This document shows, one piece after another, positions 1 through 9,442 of a DNA stretch of 31,766 nt. The DNA comes from Promethearchaeota archaeon (GTDB lineage Archaea; Asgardarchaeota; Lokiarchaeia; Sigyniarchaeales; SOKP01): assembly GCA_004524535.1 (NCBI GenBank), contig SDNY01000034.1, positions 1-31,766 on the forward strand. The letters are read 5' to 3'. Numbering within the stretch: the stretch's first letter is position 1; every line of letters begins with the position of its first letter. The notes beneath the pieces were generated by a model. That model was not told the origin of the DNA and ran no database searches. It worked only from the letters and a program-made list of their open reading frames with translations. Both the position numbers and the translations under genes were made by a program.

Positions 1-48
1 ATTATATCTCACTTTTGGTAAATATTTGCTCCATCTCTTTTTTGCCAT
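1..48 (-). CDS. 5' end of an unknown CDS running off the window (MAKKRWSKYLPKVRYN...)
   Basis: ATG at 48 preceded by AGGA; open for 16 codons to the window edge. Confidence 0.5.
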   Translation of the reverse strand, partial: MAKKRWSKYLPKVRYN

Positions 49-231
49 CTTCCTAAATCATCCTTTTAAGTTTATGAAATTTTTATGAATTTTAGTTTTT
101 TTTAAAAACTTATGATAGATTATATTATGGATATTAAAAAAAATATATTAAAAAAAAAGTTATTTTTTATCAGTATCTGGCTTTGGAATTTCAAAAATTT
201 CTAAGGTTAAATAAGAAGAAAAAAAAGATAT

Positions 232-1584
232 TTATTTAGATTTAATAGCTCCCTCTTTCTCCCACTCAAAATCCAAAGTAATAAATTTTTTCGTAAAAAG
301 ATAAGCTATTAGAATAATTCCAGAACACCATAAACCCCAAAGCACATATCCCCATGAAAAATCTTTTCCGGGAACATTAGGTAATCCTAAAATAAATCCT
401 GTAATAAATAGGGAGATTGCTTGAAAAATGTTAAGCAAGATTTGTGGAAATCCTGCATATAATCCTGCCTTTCTTCCTGTTTCTCCAGATTTTACTTCAG
501 CATCTTCAGCTAAGTCTGCGAACCAAATATATGGAAACAAATACCAACCTCCCATAAAAGCTGCGATTGCTAAGACAAAAATTATGCCAATTAAAAAATG
601 TATTTCACCAGGAATCAGTCCTATTAAAGTGAAAGGTAATACTATGATTCCTGTCAGTAAGATTATAGAAAAGGTTGATTTTTTGCCTTTTTTATCAATA
701 AGTTTTTTCCACATAAAAAGAAAAGCTGTAATTCCAACTATAAGGCACACAGCAGCAAAATATAAGGGAGCATCTTCCAATTTCAATACAATTGTTGTGA
801 AACCTAAAATCGTTGGTGTAATCATACCAATAGCTAAAAAAGCAATGGCCTGTAACCAACATACTTTAATGAAATTTTTATCTTTAAATACTTTCTTTAA
901 ATCCTCAGTGAAGCTCATCTGAGCCCCTTCAATTGTTTCTACTGGCAGAACATATGCACATGTGTAAAAAAGAGCAATTAATAACAACGCAAACGCTATT
1001 ATTAAGATTACAAAGATAAGGTCAATAGCTCCTGTTTTTTGAAAAGATTCAATCAATGGCGGAAATACAAGGAGGGTAAAAACTATACCAACACCTGCTC
1101 CAATAAAACTAAATAGATTCTGGAAAGCGGATGCTTTAGGTCTTTCATTGACTATGAATTGCTCAGCAACCCAAGATTGATAAGGTGTAGTCAAACCACC
1201 ATATGAGAATTGAAGCATAGAGTCCCAGACTAATATCCATATAAATAATATAATATAAGTTGGATTTTGAAGAAATATCATAGGTAACAATGCGCATATA
1301 AAAGCTAATGCTGTTAATGGAGCAAAAAAAATTATGAAAGGTTTTCTCCGCCCATATTTTGTTTTTGTATTGTCAGATAACCATCCCATTAAGAATTGTC
1401 CAGCCGCAATACTTAGTTTACCAACCGCTAATGCAAGTCCTGGAAGGATTGGATGAAGTCCATAGGCAGTAATATAAAGAAAAAGAATACCAAAGTCAAT
1501 AATATCTAAAACGATTGCAGCACTTAATCGAGGCATACCATAAGTTAAAAATTTTCTAGTCGAAGCGTGTCCTTCTGATTCCAT
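232..1584 (-). CDS. MFS transporter, GPH/MelB-like (MFS_2) family
   Basis: About 12 hydrophobic segments; GWLSDNTKTKYGRRKPF loop motif; ERPKAS; GRKAGLYAG. Confidence 0.9.
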   Translation of the reverse strand: MESEGHASTRKFLTYGMPRLSAAIVLDIIDFGILFLYITAYGLHPILPGLALAVGKLSIAAGQFLMGWLSDNTKTKYGRRKPFIIFFAPLTALAFICALLPMIFLQNPTYIILFIWILVWDSMLQFSYGGLTTPYQSWVAEQFIVNERPKASAFQNLFSFIGAGVGIVFTLLVFPPLIESFQKTGAIDLIFVILIIAFALLLIALFYTCAYVLPVETIEGAQMSFTEDLKKVFKDKNFIKVCWLQAIAFLAIGMITPTILGFTTIVLKLEDAPLYFAAVCLIVGITAFLFMWKKLIDKKGKKSTFSIILLTGIIVLPFTLIGLIPGEIHFLIGIIFVLAIAAFMGGWYLFPYIWFADLAEDAEVKSGETGRKAGLYAGFPQILLNIFQAISLFITGFILGLPNVPGKDFSWGYVLWGLWCSGIILIAYLFTKKFITLDFEWEKEGAIKSK

Positions 1585-1687
1585 TTCGAAATCAACCTAA
1601 TTTTTTTTATAGAAATCTTTAATTTGATATTTTTAACACTAAATAGAATTAAATCAAAAAAACAAAAATATTTTATTTTTTTAAGGA

Positions 1688-3175
1688 TTAAAGCTCTTTT
1701 TTAGAAGCATTTTCGAGAATTTCACCAACATAATAAAACCCTACAAGATTACCTCTTTTCTCAAATTTTCTTGATACGAGTAATATAATTACATGTTCAT
1801 TTTCATCAACTGCACCTTGCTGTACAGCGTAATTAACGGAATATTCAATAATATCTTCGGCAGACATATTGAAAAAATCAAGATTTTCAATGTGTACAGG
1901 TTGTACACCCCATAGTAAATGTAGTTCCCTTGCTGTTCTTTTATGAGGTGTAATAGCTATAATAGGGAGCGGAGGTCTGTATTTTGCAATCATTCGAGCG
2001 CCAATTCCTCCACGCGTAATTACTAATACTTTCCCTCTGAAATTTAGATCCTCCATTTCTGTTGCTAATGCGTGAATCGCATGTCCTAAAATTTGGGTAT
2101 GTGTTAGTCTATCTGAATCATATTTGTCTGGAGTTCTTTTTGGCATATTTTCTTTTGCTGTAAAAGCAATTTTATTCATGTATTGAACCGCATTTATAGG
2201 ATAACTACCTACAGCAGTCTCTGCAGAGAGCATGACTGCATCCGTTCCATCGATAACTGCATTGAATACATCATTTGACTCAGCTCTTGTAGGTATAGGT
2301 GCATTTATCATTGATTCAAGCATTTGAGTCGCTACAATAACAGGTTTACCCTCCTTATTGCATTTATAAATCATTTCTTTTTGCCATAGTGGAACTAGAT
2401 CAGGAGAGATTTCGACTCCAAGATCTCCTCTTGCCACCATAATCCCATCTGAAACATTTAAAATATTATCAAAATTATCTAATGCGATAGGGCGCTCAAT
2501 TTTTGAAATAAGCTTTATATTGTTATTGCCATAATTTTCAAGTAGCTTTTTGACGTGAAGTACATCTTCTCCCGCTGATACGAAAGAGATTGCTACATAT
2601 TCAGGATCGATGTCAGCAATTAATTCTAAATCTTTTATATCTTTTTCAGTAGGAACTCTTTGTTTTAATTCTCCAGAGGGGATATTAACTCCCTTTCTGT
2701 TGCTTATCATTCCACCTGAGATAACTTCTCCTATAATATGGTCTTTTTCTTTGCTTTTTACTTTAATTTTTATAATTCCATCATTCACGAAAAAGAAATC
2801 ATCTTTTTTCATCGATTTCAGAAATCCGTCCAAGGGAACTGAAAATTGATTCTGATCTCCAATAATATCCTTCTCATACACTTTAACTTCTTGGCCAACA
2901 TTTAAAATATATTTATCTTCTTTAAATTTTCCAACTCTAATTTTTGGTCCTTGTATATCAGCTAATATCCCTACATAATCGTCTACTTCTCGAATTCTAT
3001 TAACCAACTCTATTTTTTCATCATGAGTTCCATGCGAGAAATTTAAGCGAAATACATCTACACCTGCCTCAATAAGGCTTTTAAGCATTTTCTTTGAACT
3101 ACTGGCCGGTCCTAAAGTACTAACTATCTTCACAGTATTCTCTCTAATAAGCCTTTTATACTCTATATTACTCAT
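1688..3175 (-). CDS. pyk: Pyruvate kinase
   Basis: KIVSTLGPAS, RLNFSHG, DIQGPKIR, KIE, GIMVARGDLGVE, ATQMLESM, PTRAE, DAVMLSAETA; ATG at 3175 follows GGAG. Confidence 0.98.
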   Translation of the reverse strand: MSNIEYKRLIRENTVKIVSTLGPASSSKKMLKSLIEAGVDVFRLNFSHGTHDEKIELVNRIREVDDYVGILADIQGPKIRVGKFKEDKYILNVGQEVKVYEKDIIGDQNQFSVPLDGFLKSMKKDDFFFVNDGIIKIKVKSKEKDHIIGEVISGGMISNRKGVNIPSGELKQRVPTEKDIKDLELIADIDPEYVAISFVSAGEDVLHVKKLLENYGNNNIKLISKIERPIALDNFDNILNVSDGIMVARGDLGVEISPDLVPLWQKEMIYKCNKEGKPVIVATQMLESMINAPIPTRAESNDVFNAVIDGTDAVMLSAETAVGSYPINAVQYMNKIAFTAKENMPKRTPDKYDSDRLTHTQILGHAIHALATEMEDLNFRGKVLVITRGGIGARMIAKYRPPLPIIAITPHKRTARELHLLWGVQPVHIENLDFFNMSAEDIIEYSVNYAVQQGAVDENEHVIILLVSRKFEKRGNLVGFYYVGEILENASKKEL

Positions 3176-3243
3176 AAATAATCTCTCCAAGAATTAGAAT
3201 CTATATTCAATTCTATAATAATTAATATTAATCTTCTTAAAAA

Positions 3244-3735
3244 TTATTCATTTTCTACTAGATTTCTAATTTTTTCTAAGGTTTTCCTAAACTTTTTCTT
3301 AAAATCCTTTAACAATTCAATTGAGCTTGAGTAATCTTCAATGGTTCGAATCTCTTTTAGCGATAATAGGCTAATTCTTTTTTTTGGAAAAAGAGAATAT
3401 TGAATTAATTTTAAATTGTTCCTTGTTGCATAATCTTTTGCTAGACTAACAAGGAAATCTGAGCTTTGAGAGGCTAAAATGATTGTTAAAAAATATCTCA
3501 CTTTTGGTTGATTTGAATTTGAATAATTTTTTACAATAATTAAAAAAAAGTTTTTTAATTGTTCTTTTAAATTATAAATTCGCTTTATTTGCAAGGTTTT
3601 TGGAATTTTATCTACTGGTTCAGAGAACGGCGCAAATTTACCTTTTAATTTTATAGCACTTTTAATAACATTGCTTTCTAAATAGGATTTTAAAATTTCT
3701 TGGTTCATTGAAGAAATATCCTTGGAATTTTTCAT
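3244..3735 (-). CDS. Hypothetical protein
   Basis: 163-aa ORF co-oriented with pyk; no recognised motif. Confidence 0.7.
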   Translation of the reverse strand: MKNSKDISSMNQEILKSYLESNVIKSAIKLKGKFAPFSEPVDKIPKTLQIKRIYNLKEQLKNFFLIIVKNYSNSNQPKVRYFLTIILASQSSDFLVSLAKDYATRNNLKLIQYSLFPKKRISLLSLKEIRTIEDYSSSIELLKDFKKKFRKTLEKIRNLVENE

Positions 3736-3966
3736 TTTAAACTAACTCTTTAATATTAATTTATTAATAATACGCTATAATTTTTTTAAATATACCGTAG
3801 GTATTAAAATTTAATCAGGTTTTTATTATAAAATTCGGATAAATTTATAGGTATTTTTAAGATTTCCTTTAAAAATATATTATTATATACAAAATATACC
3901 GTTCAAATAAATGACCGAAACATATAAATAGGTAGTTTATTATTTATTTTTGTTTCCAGTTAAGAG

Positions 3967-4413
3967 ATGGAATTGGGAAAAAATTACCCCCCCATCATAT
4001 CTTATAAAGAACATGATTTATAATTTATAACAGATGAATTTAAAAGGTAAATTTTCCCATTATCTCATAAGAAAAACCGAGGTGCCGAATTGTCATATTC
4101 AGTTTTAGAAAAAGATGAATTAACCACTAGTAAATTTATAGATTTTGATAAATATGAAGAAATAATTTATAATAACATTTACTTAGATGAATTTAAGATT
4201 GTAATTAAAATGCCTTGCGTGGGCGTGAAAAAGAAAATCAATCATAATATTATCAAAATCGAAAAATTTGATCTTGGAAGATACGATTACCTTTTCTCTT
4301 ACGATTAGGTCAGACCATCAAAACAAGTGAAATTCCACTCATTTTATTTCAAATAATCGCATCAAAAATATTATGTTGGATTATTTGTATTTCAAATTGA
4401 TAATATCAAATGA
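3967..4413 (+). pseudogene. Decayed gene of unknown family
   Basis: One frame from ATG 3967 (MELGKNYPP...) passes two TAA stops into the 4090-4308 ORF and continues past further stops. Confidence 0.4.
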
Positions 4414-4493
4414 TATCATGTGTGAATAATCTAAATTTTTTTTTACAATATTAGTATAATTTTTCGTACTTTATAGAATCAAAATACATTAAA

Positions 4494-4622
4494 TTAGGTT
4501 TGAGATTCTATTTCTTTTAAGTTTTCATTCCAGCACGAAAAACATAAATAGGTCCCATCCTCTAATAACACCAGATCTTTTACAGATCTTATCATTCCGC
4601 AATTCTTACATTTTCGCTTCAT
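4494..4622 (-). CDS. 42-aa zinc-finger microprotein (not in the ORF track)
   Basis: MKRKCKNCGMIRSVKDLVLLEDGTYLCFSCWNENLKEIESQT; two CxxC pairs; starts 15 nt after the nitroreductase stop. Confidence 0.75.
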   Translation of the reverse strand: MKRKCKNCGMIRSVKDLVLLEDGTYLCFSCWNENLKEIESQT

Positions 4623-4637
4623 AGTATGAAAATAAAT

Positions 4638-5519
4638 TTATAACCATTTTGCCTTAAGAGGCTTGCGTGCCGGGATTCTATAATAATGTGCTTTAGGGTA
4701 TCCTATTGCTAATGTATATCCGACAACATGCTTTATCGGGATCCTTACAATCTTAGAAATTGACCTGAATATATTAAAAAAAGCAGTTATATACCCCAAC
4801 GAACACGTTCCTAACCCTAATGTCTCTGCTGCTAGCATTATTTGCCCCGCAGCCAATGTACAATTTTCTATTAATGTTGCTGAGTCTCTTGGAGAATGAA
4901 TTACAATAAGTTCGGCATCCCAACGCCATACTTCTTCTCCTTGACTAAATCGGGTCAACTTCCGCTTAAAAGATGGAATTAGTTCTTCAGCTTTTTGCAT
5001 CATATCCTCAGAAAAAACGGATTTTAACGATTCTCTACCTTGAGGATCTTCAAATTTTTCTATAAGATTTTTTGTTTGTTTCGTACACTCATCCGAAAGT
5101 TTAGTAAGTATTTCACGATTTTGGACTATTGTAAAATATACATTTTCCTCATTATGTCCAGTAGCAGAATATCGACCAGCAGTATCTAAGATTTTCTCGA
5201 TTATATCTTTTGGAACTGGTGTTTTTTTAAACTGTCTTCTTGATCTCCTGGTTTGAAAAAGGTTTACCAAAGAATTAAACGATGGTAACTCCTCTTTTAT
5301 AGGAACCTCCTTAAGTGTCTTTCCTATATGAGTCTTTAAAGTTATAGCATTGACTGGACAAACTGCAACGCATTTTCCACACTCTTCACAGCCTTCTTCG
5401 AATTCTTCATCTAATTTCAAAGTCTCGTTATCAATCTGATAATATTGGCATTCATTAACGCACGCTTTACACTTGGTGCAGGCATCAACATCTATAATTA
5501 TTTTTGAATTTTCTAACAT
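4638..5519 (-). CDS. Nitroreductase family protein with N-terminal 2x[4Fe-4S] ferredoxin domain
   Basis: CTKCKACVNEC and CEECGKCVAVCP; RRSRRQF; LAAETLGLGTC; GYP; likely ATG at 5519. Confidence 0.93.
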   Translation of the reverse strand: MLENSKIIIDVDACTKCKACVNECQYYQIDNETLKLDEEFEEGCEECGKCVAVCPVNAITLKTHIGKTLKEVPIKEELPSFNSLVNLFQTRRSRRQFKKTPVPKDIIEKILDTAGRYSATGHNEENVYFTIVQNREILTKLSDECTKQTKNLIEKFEDPQGRESLKSVFSEDMMQKAEELIPSFKRKLTRFSQGEEVWRWDAELIVIHSPRDSATLIENCTLAAGQIMLAAETLGLGTCSLGYITAFFNIFRSISKIVRIPIKHVVGYTLAIGYPKAHYYRIPARKPLKAKWL

Positions 5520-5633
5520 TAATAACCATTCTTTATTTCTAATTAAATTATAATTCTCATCCAAATAATTTAAACTTTCTAAAAATTTCTTAAAAATATT
5601 TTTATAATAAAAATTTTAACTAAAAAGAGGAAA

Positions 5634-5742
5634 AGGAATCAGAATTCGAATGAAAAATGAATAAGTAAGAGATAATTAAACTTTTTGAGTTTAATAGAGG
5701 GCGAAATCCAATGTTATCATTCGAATTTTTTTTATGATTCCT
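5634..5742. other. Multi-stem inverted-repeat structure in a divergent intergenic region
   Basis: AGGAATCA/TGATTCCT, AATTCGAATGA/TCATTCGAATT and inner ATTAAACT/AGTTTAAT arms. Confidence 0.5.
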
Positions 5743-5970
5743 TCCTAATTATTATAATTTCATTAGGTCTTTTTAAACTTATAGTTAATAATTTATATAA
5801 TTCAATATTGATGATCCACGTTGAAAGATCTTTACATAAATGAACAATTTTGATGATTTATAAATTAAAAGCATTTTATTAATACAGATTATCAATTTTA
5901 TTAAAAATATTAGAGCATATTAACAGATTTTAATAAAAATTGAAATTTATAGAGTGTGTATCCCAAGGAA

Positions 5971-6654
5971 ATGATTAAAGAAATTATAGATAAGTTAAAT
6001 CCTGAATATTTTCGAAAGTCCTTCCTTAAATATACAATTAAAGCATTTAAAATGCTTCCAAAACAGGATAAGCCGCGTTTACTTGATATTGGATGTGGTA
6101 CGGGGATGCCGACCTTAGAATTAGCACGGTTAAGTAATGGGGAGATAATTGGAATAGATATTGATCAAACCGCTTTAGATGAGTTAAATGAAAAAGCTAG
6201 AAAAAAAGGCTTATCTGACCGAGTATGGACAAAGAATTGTTCAATGCTTGAATTAAATTTTCCGGATGAAAGTTTTGACATTATATGGGCAGAAGGCGCC
6301 ATAGCTCCTATTGGTTTTAAAAGAGCATTAGAGGAATGGGGGAGATTATTAAAAATTAATGGTTTCATGGTGTTCCACGATGACTTGAGAGATAAAGCAA
6401 GTAAAATTAAAATTATTTCTGAATGTGGTTATGAGCTCGTGAATCATTTCCAATTACCTGATGATGCTTGGTGGGTGGAATATTATGAACCCTTGGAAGA
6501 ACGAATTAAGGAATTGCGTAGCAAATACAACGATGATCCAAAAGTGATTGAGGCATTTAAGAGATATCAAAGTGAAATTAACGCTTATAAAAAGAATCCT
6601 AAGGAGTTCCGTTCAATATTTTATATCATGCAAAAAACAAAATTTCAAAAGTAG
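5971..6654 (+). CDS. Class I SAM-dependent methyltransferase
   Basis: LLDIGCGTG, GIDID, FPDESFDIIWAEGA; ATG at 5971 after AAGGA. Confidence 0.93.
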   Translation: MIKEIIDKLNPEYFRKSFLKYTIKAFKMLPKQDKPRLLDIGCGTGMPTLELARLSNGEIIGIDIDQTALDELNEKARKKGLSDRVWTKNCSMLELNFPDESFDIIWAEGAIAPIGFKRALEEWGRLLKINGFMVFHDDLRDKASKIKIISECGYELVNHFQLPDDAWWVEYYEPLEERIKELRSKYNDDPKVIEAFKRYQSEINAYKKNPKEFRSIFYIMQKTKFQK

Positions 6655-6676
6655 TATATATTGGTTTTTTAAAATA

Positions 6677-7267
6677 TTATTTTTCATTTCTTATTTTATT
6701 ATAGAAATCAAGAACTATTTGTTGTCGATCTTTGGCTATTTTTTTTGAAATATCTAAATACATTTGGTCCTTTAGTTTCATTATCTTATTTTCTAAATGC
6801 TCTATTACTTGGTCAATTCCACCATTGTTTTTCACCGTATAACCAATTGTACGATATAGCCCTATAGAACCTATTGCATCTAATTTATCAGCATCCGATA
6901 AAATTTTTGCTTCAATAGTCTTCGGATTTGTTTTATTGGAAAATGAATGCGCTTTAATGCAATGAATTATATTATCAATATTCTCTTGAGATATTTTAAA
7001 ATTATTTGATTTTAAAAAATTTAATGTCATTTGAGCTGAAATTTCAGCGTGATTCGTATTATGCGAGTTTTCTTTTTCTTTAATTCTGCCAATATCGTGA
7101 AGTAATGCAGATATTTTTAATACTAAGATATTTGCTCCTAATCTAATTCCAATATCAATACAGGATTTATAGACGCGCTCAACATGCAGAAATCCATGAA
7201 TATCATCTTTTTCTGAATTATTAAACGCAAATTTTCTAATTTTTGAAATAATTGCGCTTTCTGACAT
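6677..7267 (-). CDS. HD-domain phosphohydrolase
   Basis: HGFLHVERV, ALLHDIGR, HS, DADKLDAIG. Confidence 0.93.
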   Translation of the reverse strand: MSESAIISKIRKFAFNNSEKDDIHGFLHVERVYKSCIDIGIRLGANILVLKISALLHDIGRIKEKENSHNTNHAEISAQMTLNFLKSNNFKISQENIDNIIHCIKAHSFSNKTNPKTIEAKILSDADKLDAIGSIGLYRTIGYTVKNNGGIDQVIEHLENKIMKLKDQMYLDISKKIAKDRQQIVLDFYNKIRNEK

Positions 7268-7367
7268 AAATATTAAATCTTTTTTATTTACCAATTATAT
7301 ATATAAATTATATATTAACTTTTAAATCTGGAAATTTATCCTTTAATAAAAAAGAAGAGTATTAATA

Positions 7368-7517
7368 ATGGCAGAAGTCGAGGCTGATATTGCAGGATAC
7401 TATCTATATATGATAATAGGAGCAATCGGTTTAATTGCGATTGGAACCTATTTTATAATAAAGATTTTATTATATTTAAGAAAAAAAGCAAGATTAAACA
7501 CAGAAACAAATCAATAA
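7368..7517 (+). CDS. 49-aa single-TM peptide resembling a Loki-CTERM/PGF-CTERM-type sorting tail
   Basis: MAEVEADIAGYYLYMIIGAIGLIAIGTYFIIKILLYLRKKARLNTETNQ: IxGY, then a TM helix, then a basic tail. Confidence 0.5.
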   Translation: MAEVEADIAGYYLYMIIGAIGLIAIGTYFIIKILLYLRKKARLNTETNQ

Positions 7518-7598
7518 ACTCAATATTTCTTATTTAAAACAGCTTCGTATAAATAATCGATGAAATTTTTAATTAATAGGATATATTAAATAATTAGA

Positions 7599-7653
7599 AG
7601 GACACCATCCTCTTGTCAATCTTTCACTAACATTTTATTGAAAGATTTCATTC
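7599..7653 (-). promoter_or_regulatory. SECIS-like / K-turn 3' UTR hairpin, copy 1
   Basis: Minus strand AUGA-A-AUCUUUCA-AUAAAAUGUUAG-UGAAAGAU-UGAC; about 60 nt after the DUF5714 stop; repeated at 8882-8935. Confidence 0.5.
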
Positions 7654-7710
7654 ATATTTTTTTGTATTTTTAAAAGAAAGTATATTAAATTTGTTTATTT
7701 TTGTTTATTT

Positions 7711-8382
7711 TTAAGTACGAGGAAAATAAGGACATCTTTCTTCATGGCATTGAGCATTTTGATCATGAATATGACATCTCCCAATCATTTTTTGCTCAGG
7801 GAGATTTAAATTCATTTTCTTTAACGATTTTATTGCTTGTTCTATTGCTACATATGCACTTAATCTACAACATCTTGGACCTCCTAATTTTCCAATTCTT
7901 TCATTAGCTCGGATCGCTGCTTCAAAAGCTAGAGATCTTTCTTTGTTATGGAAAGGTGTTGATCTATGTATAACACTTATGGCAATACCAAGCCCAGACC
8001 CCCCACCACATGTTCCACAAAAACCGCAACCGCCAGCTGGAATTTTAAGGCCCCTCTTAAAGGCTTCAGTAACATCCTTCTCTGTAAATTCATATCCTGT
8101 ATTTTTTAATGCTAAAATAATGACAGCGGGTACTATGCCGTGATGCCATGGACCATGAAAGGGTAAGGTTTCAGAAGCAATCCATATTTTTCTTAAATCC
8201 TCAATAATATTTTCAAAAATAAGGATAGGATCTTTTTCTTTTTGGTTAAGTATGATTGGGAGTACTTTTCCCATAAATTCCATATAATCTTCCATTGTTA
8301 AATTGTCAAATTTAAGAGCATTTTCCATGAATTCATCATAATAATTAAAATCCTTACATTGTTCAAACTGTGCGTCATCCAT
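7711..8382 (-). CDS. DUF5714-like cysteine-rich protein
   Basis: HGPWHHGIVPA, GGCGFCGTCG, GGPRCCR, C-terminal CHEERCPYF. Confidence 0.8.
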   Translation of the reverse strand: MDDAQFEQCKDFNYYDEFMENALKFDNLTMEDYMEFMGKVLPIILNQKEKDPILIFENIIEDLRKIWIASETLPFHGPWHHGIVPAVIILALKNTGYEFTEKDVTEAFKRGLKIPAGGCGFCGTCGGGSGLGIAISVIHRSTPFHNKERSLAFEAAIRANERIGKLGGPRCCRLSAYVAIEQAIKSLKKMNLNLPEQKMIGRCHIHDQNAQCHEERCPYFPRT

Positions 8383-8451
8383 TTTTTATCACAGAATCAT
8401 ATATTTCTTAATAATTTTGGATGAATAAATATTTGATTTAATTTAAGTTTT

Positions 8452-8467
8452 ATCAAATCAATTTGAA
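8452..8467. promoter_or_regulatory. Putative ArsR operator
   Basis: ATCAA-N6-TTGAA between the divergent DUF5714 and arsR genes; resembles the ATCAA-N6-TTGAT ArsR/SmtB core. Confidence 0.4.
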
Positions 8468-8501
8468 AAAATTTAAAATAATTAATTAATTATCTAAAAA
8501 G

Positions 8502-8861
8502 ATGAAAAAAAGTTGTTTTCTAAATTATATTGATGATATTGAAAAAGATACGACAAGTGAGAGATTTTTATCTAAATATAAGGAAATTTTAGCTAATTTA
8601 GAAAATAATCCTGAGATCGAGAAAGATTTAAAAATTTATATAGCACTCTCGAATAAAATAAGATTTTTAATTTTTAAACTTATTGAAATCCATCCGATGT
8701 GTACCTGCGCTTTAGCTAAAATATTTGGAAAAAATGATGCGACAATAACTCATCATTTAAAAAAATTAGATAATGCGGGATTAATTTCTGGTAAAAAACA
8801 AGGTTATTATACAATATATTATTCGAATAAAGCTCTCATTGACCAACTTGCTTCATATTAA
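8502..8861 (+). CDS. arsR: ArsR/SmtB family regulator (1)
   Basis: ALSNKIR, MCTCALA, THHLKKLDNAGLI wHTH. Confidence 0.9.
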   Translation: MKKSCFLNYIDDIEKDTTSERFLSKYKEILANLENNPEIEKDLKIYIALSNKIRFLIFKLIEIHPMCTCALAKIFGKNDATITHHLKKLDNAGLISGKKQGYYTIYYSNKALIDQLASY

Positions 8862-8881
8862 AATATATTAAATCTATATTT

Positions 8882-8935
8882 AGGACACAATCCTTTAGTC
8901 AATCTTTCACTAGCATTTTTTGAAAGATATCATTC
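8882..8935 (-). promoter_or_regulatory. SECIS-like / K-turn 3' UTR hairpin, copy 2
   Basis: Minus strand AUGA-U-AUCUUUCA-AAAAAUGCUAG-UGAAAGAU-UGAC; about 115 nt downstream of a UGA-UGA pair. Confidence 0.55.
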
Positions 8936-9049
8936 CTTAATTTAAGATTTTTTAAAATAGTGAGCGAAGTTTTCATTATTTCGACTGAATTTTTTTCGTA
9001 GAATTGTTTTAAATTTCCCAATATCTACTCTATTTCTCACTTGTTCTCA

Positions 9050-9409
9050 TCAACATCCTGAATCTGGTTGTAAATCGATATGACTATCTGGATATAAGCT
9101 AAATTCGATATTATCACGAATCGGCATGAATTTTCTCATGAGACCATTCTCATCCGGACCATATGCCATCATTCCTACATCATCGTAGATACTATTCTGC
9201 TCTGGATCCCAAAAAAGATGTAAATAATTATGAATATACCCATCGAATATTGGAAATATGGAATCTTCGGGATGTTCCATGTCCTGTTTATCAACCATCG
9301 CTAAGGCTTCAACTATATTTGCATCATCCTTAACATAGACTTCAAATTTCTTGCCTTTTGCCAACCCACTCAAGTTTATGCTTATATTAATCGTAATTTT
9401 CTTAATTAT
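9050..9409 (-). CDS. Probable beta-grasp (MoaD/ThiS/SAMP-like) protein ending DSGC; possible Sec read-through
   Basis: Frame open upstream to ATA 9409 after GGAGG (IKKITINISINLSG..FEVYVKDDANIVEAL); ends GGA TGT TGA TGA. Confidence 0.6.
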   Translation of the reverse strand: MIKKITINISINLSGLAKGKKFEVYVKDDANIVEALAMVDKQDMEHPEDSIFPIFDGYIHNYLHLFWDPEQNSIYDDVGMMAYGPDENGLMRKFMPIRDNIEFSLYPDSHIDLQPDSGC

Positions 9410-9442
9410 CTTAACCTCCGTTATAAATAAGTTTAATTAAGT

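Noticed and set aside
3788-3940. ATACC-GTA-GGTAT palindrome and AAATATACCGT repeats
   Set aside because: Short and AT-rich with no assignable regulator; support too weak
7711-8400. DUF5714 as a selenoprotein
   Set aside because: No in-frame TGA inside the ORF, and a TAA lies two codons upstream of the ATG
7599-8935. The two repeats as transposon ends or CRISPR repeats
   Set aside because: Only two diverged direct copies; no transposase, target duplication or spacer array
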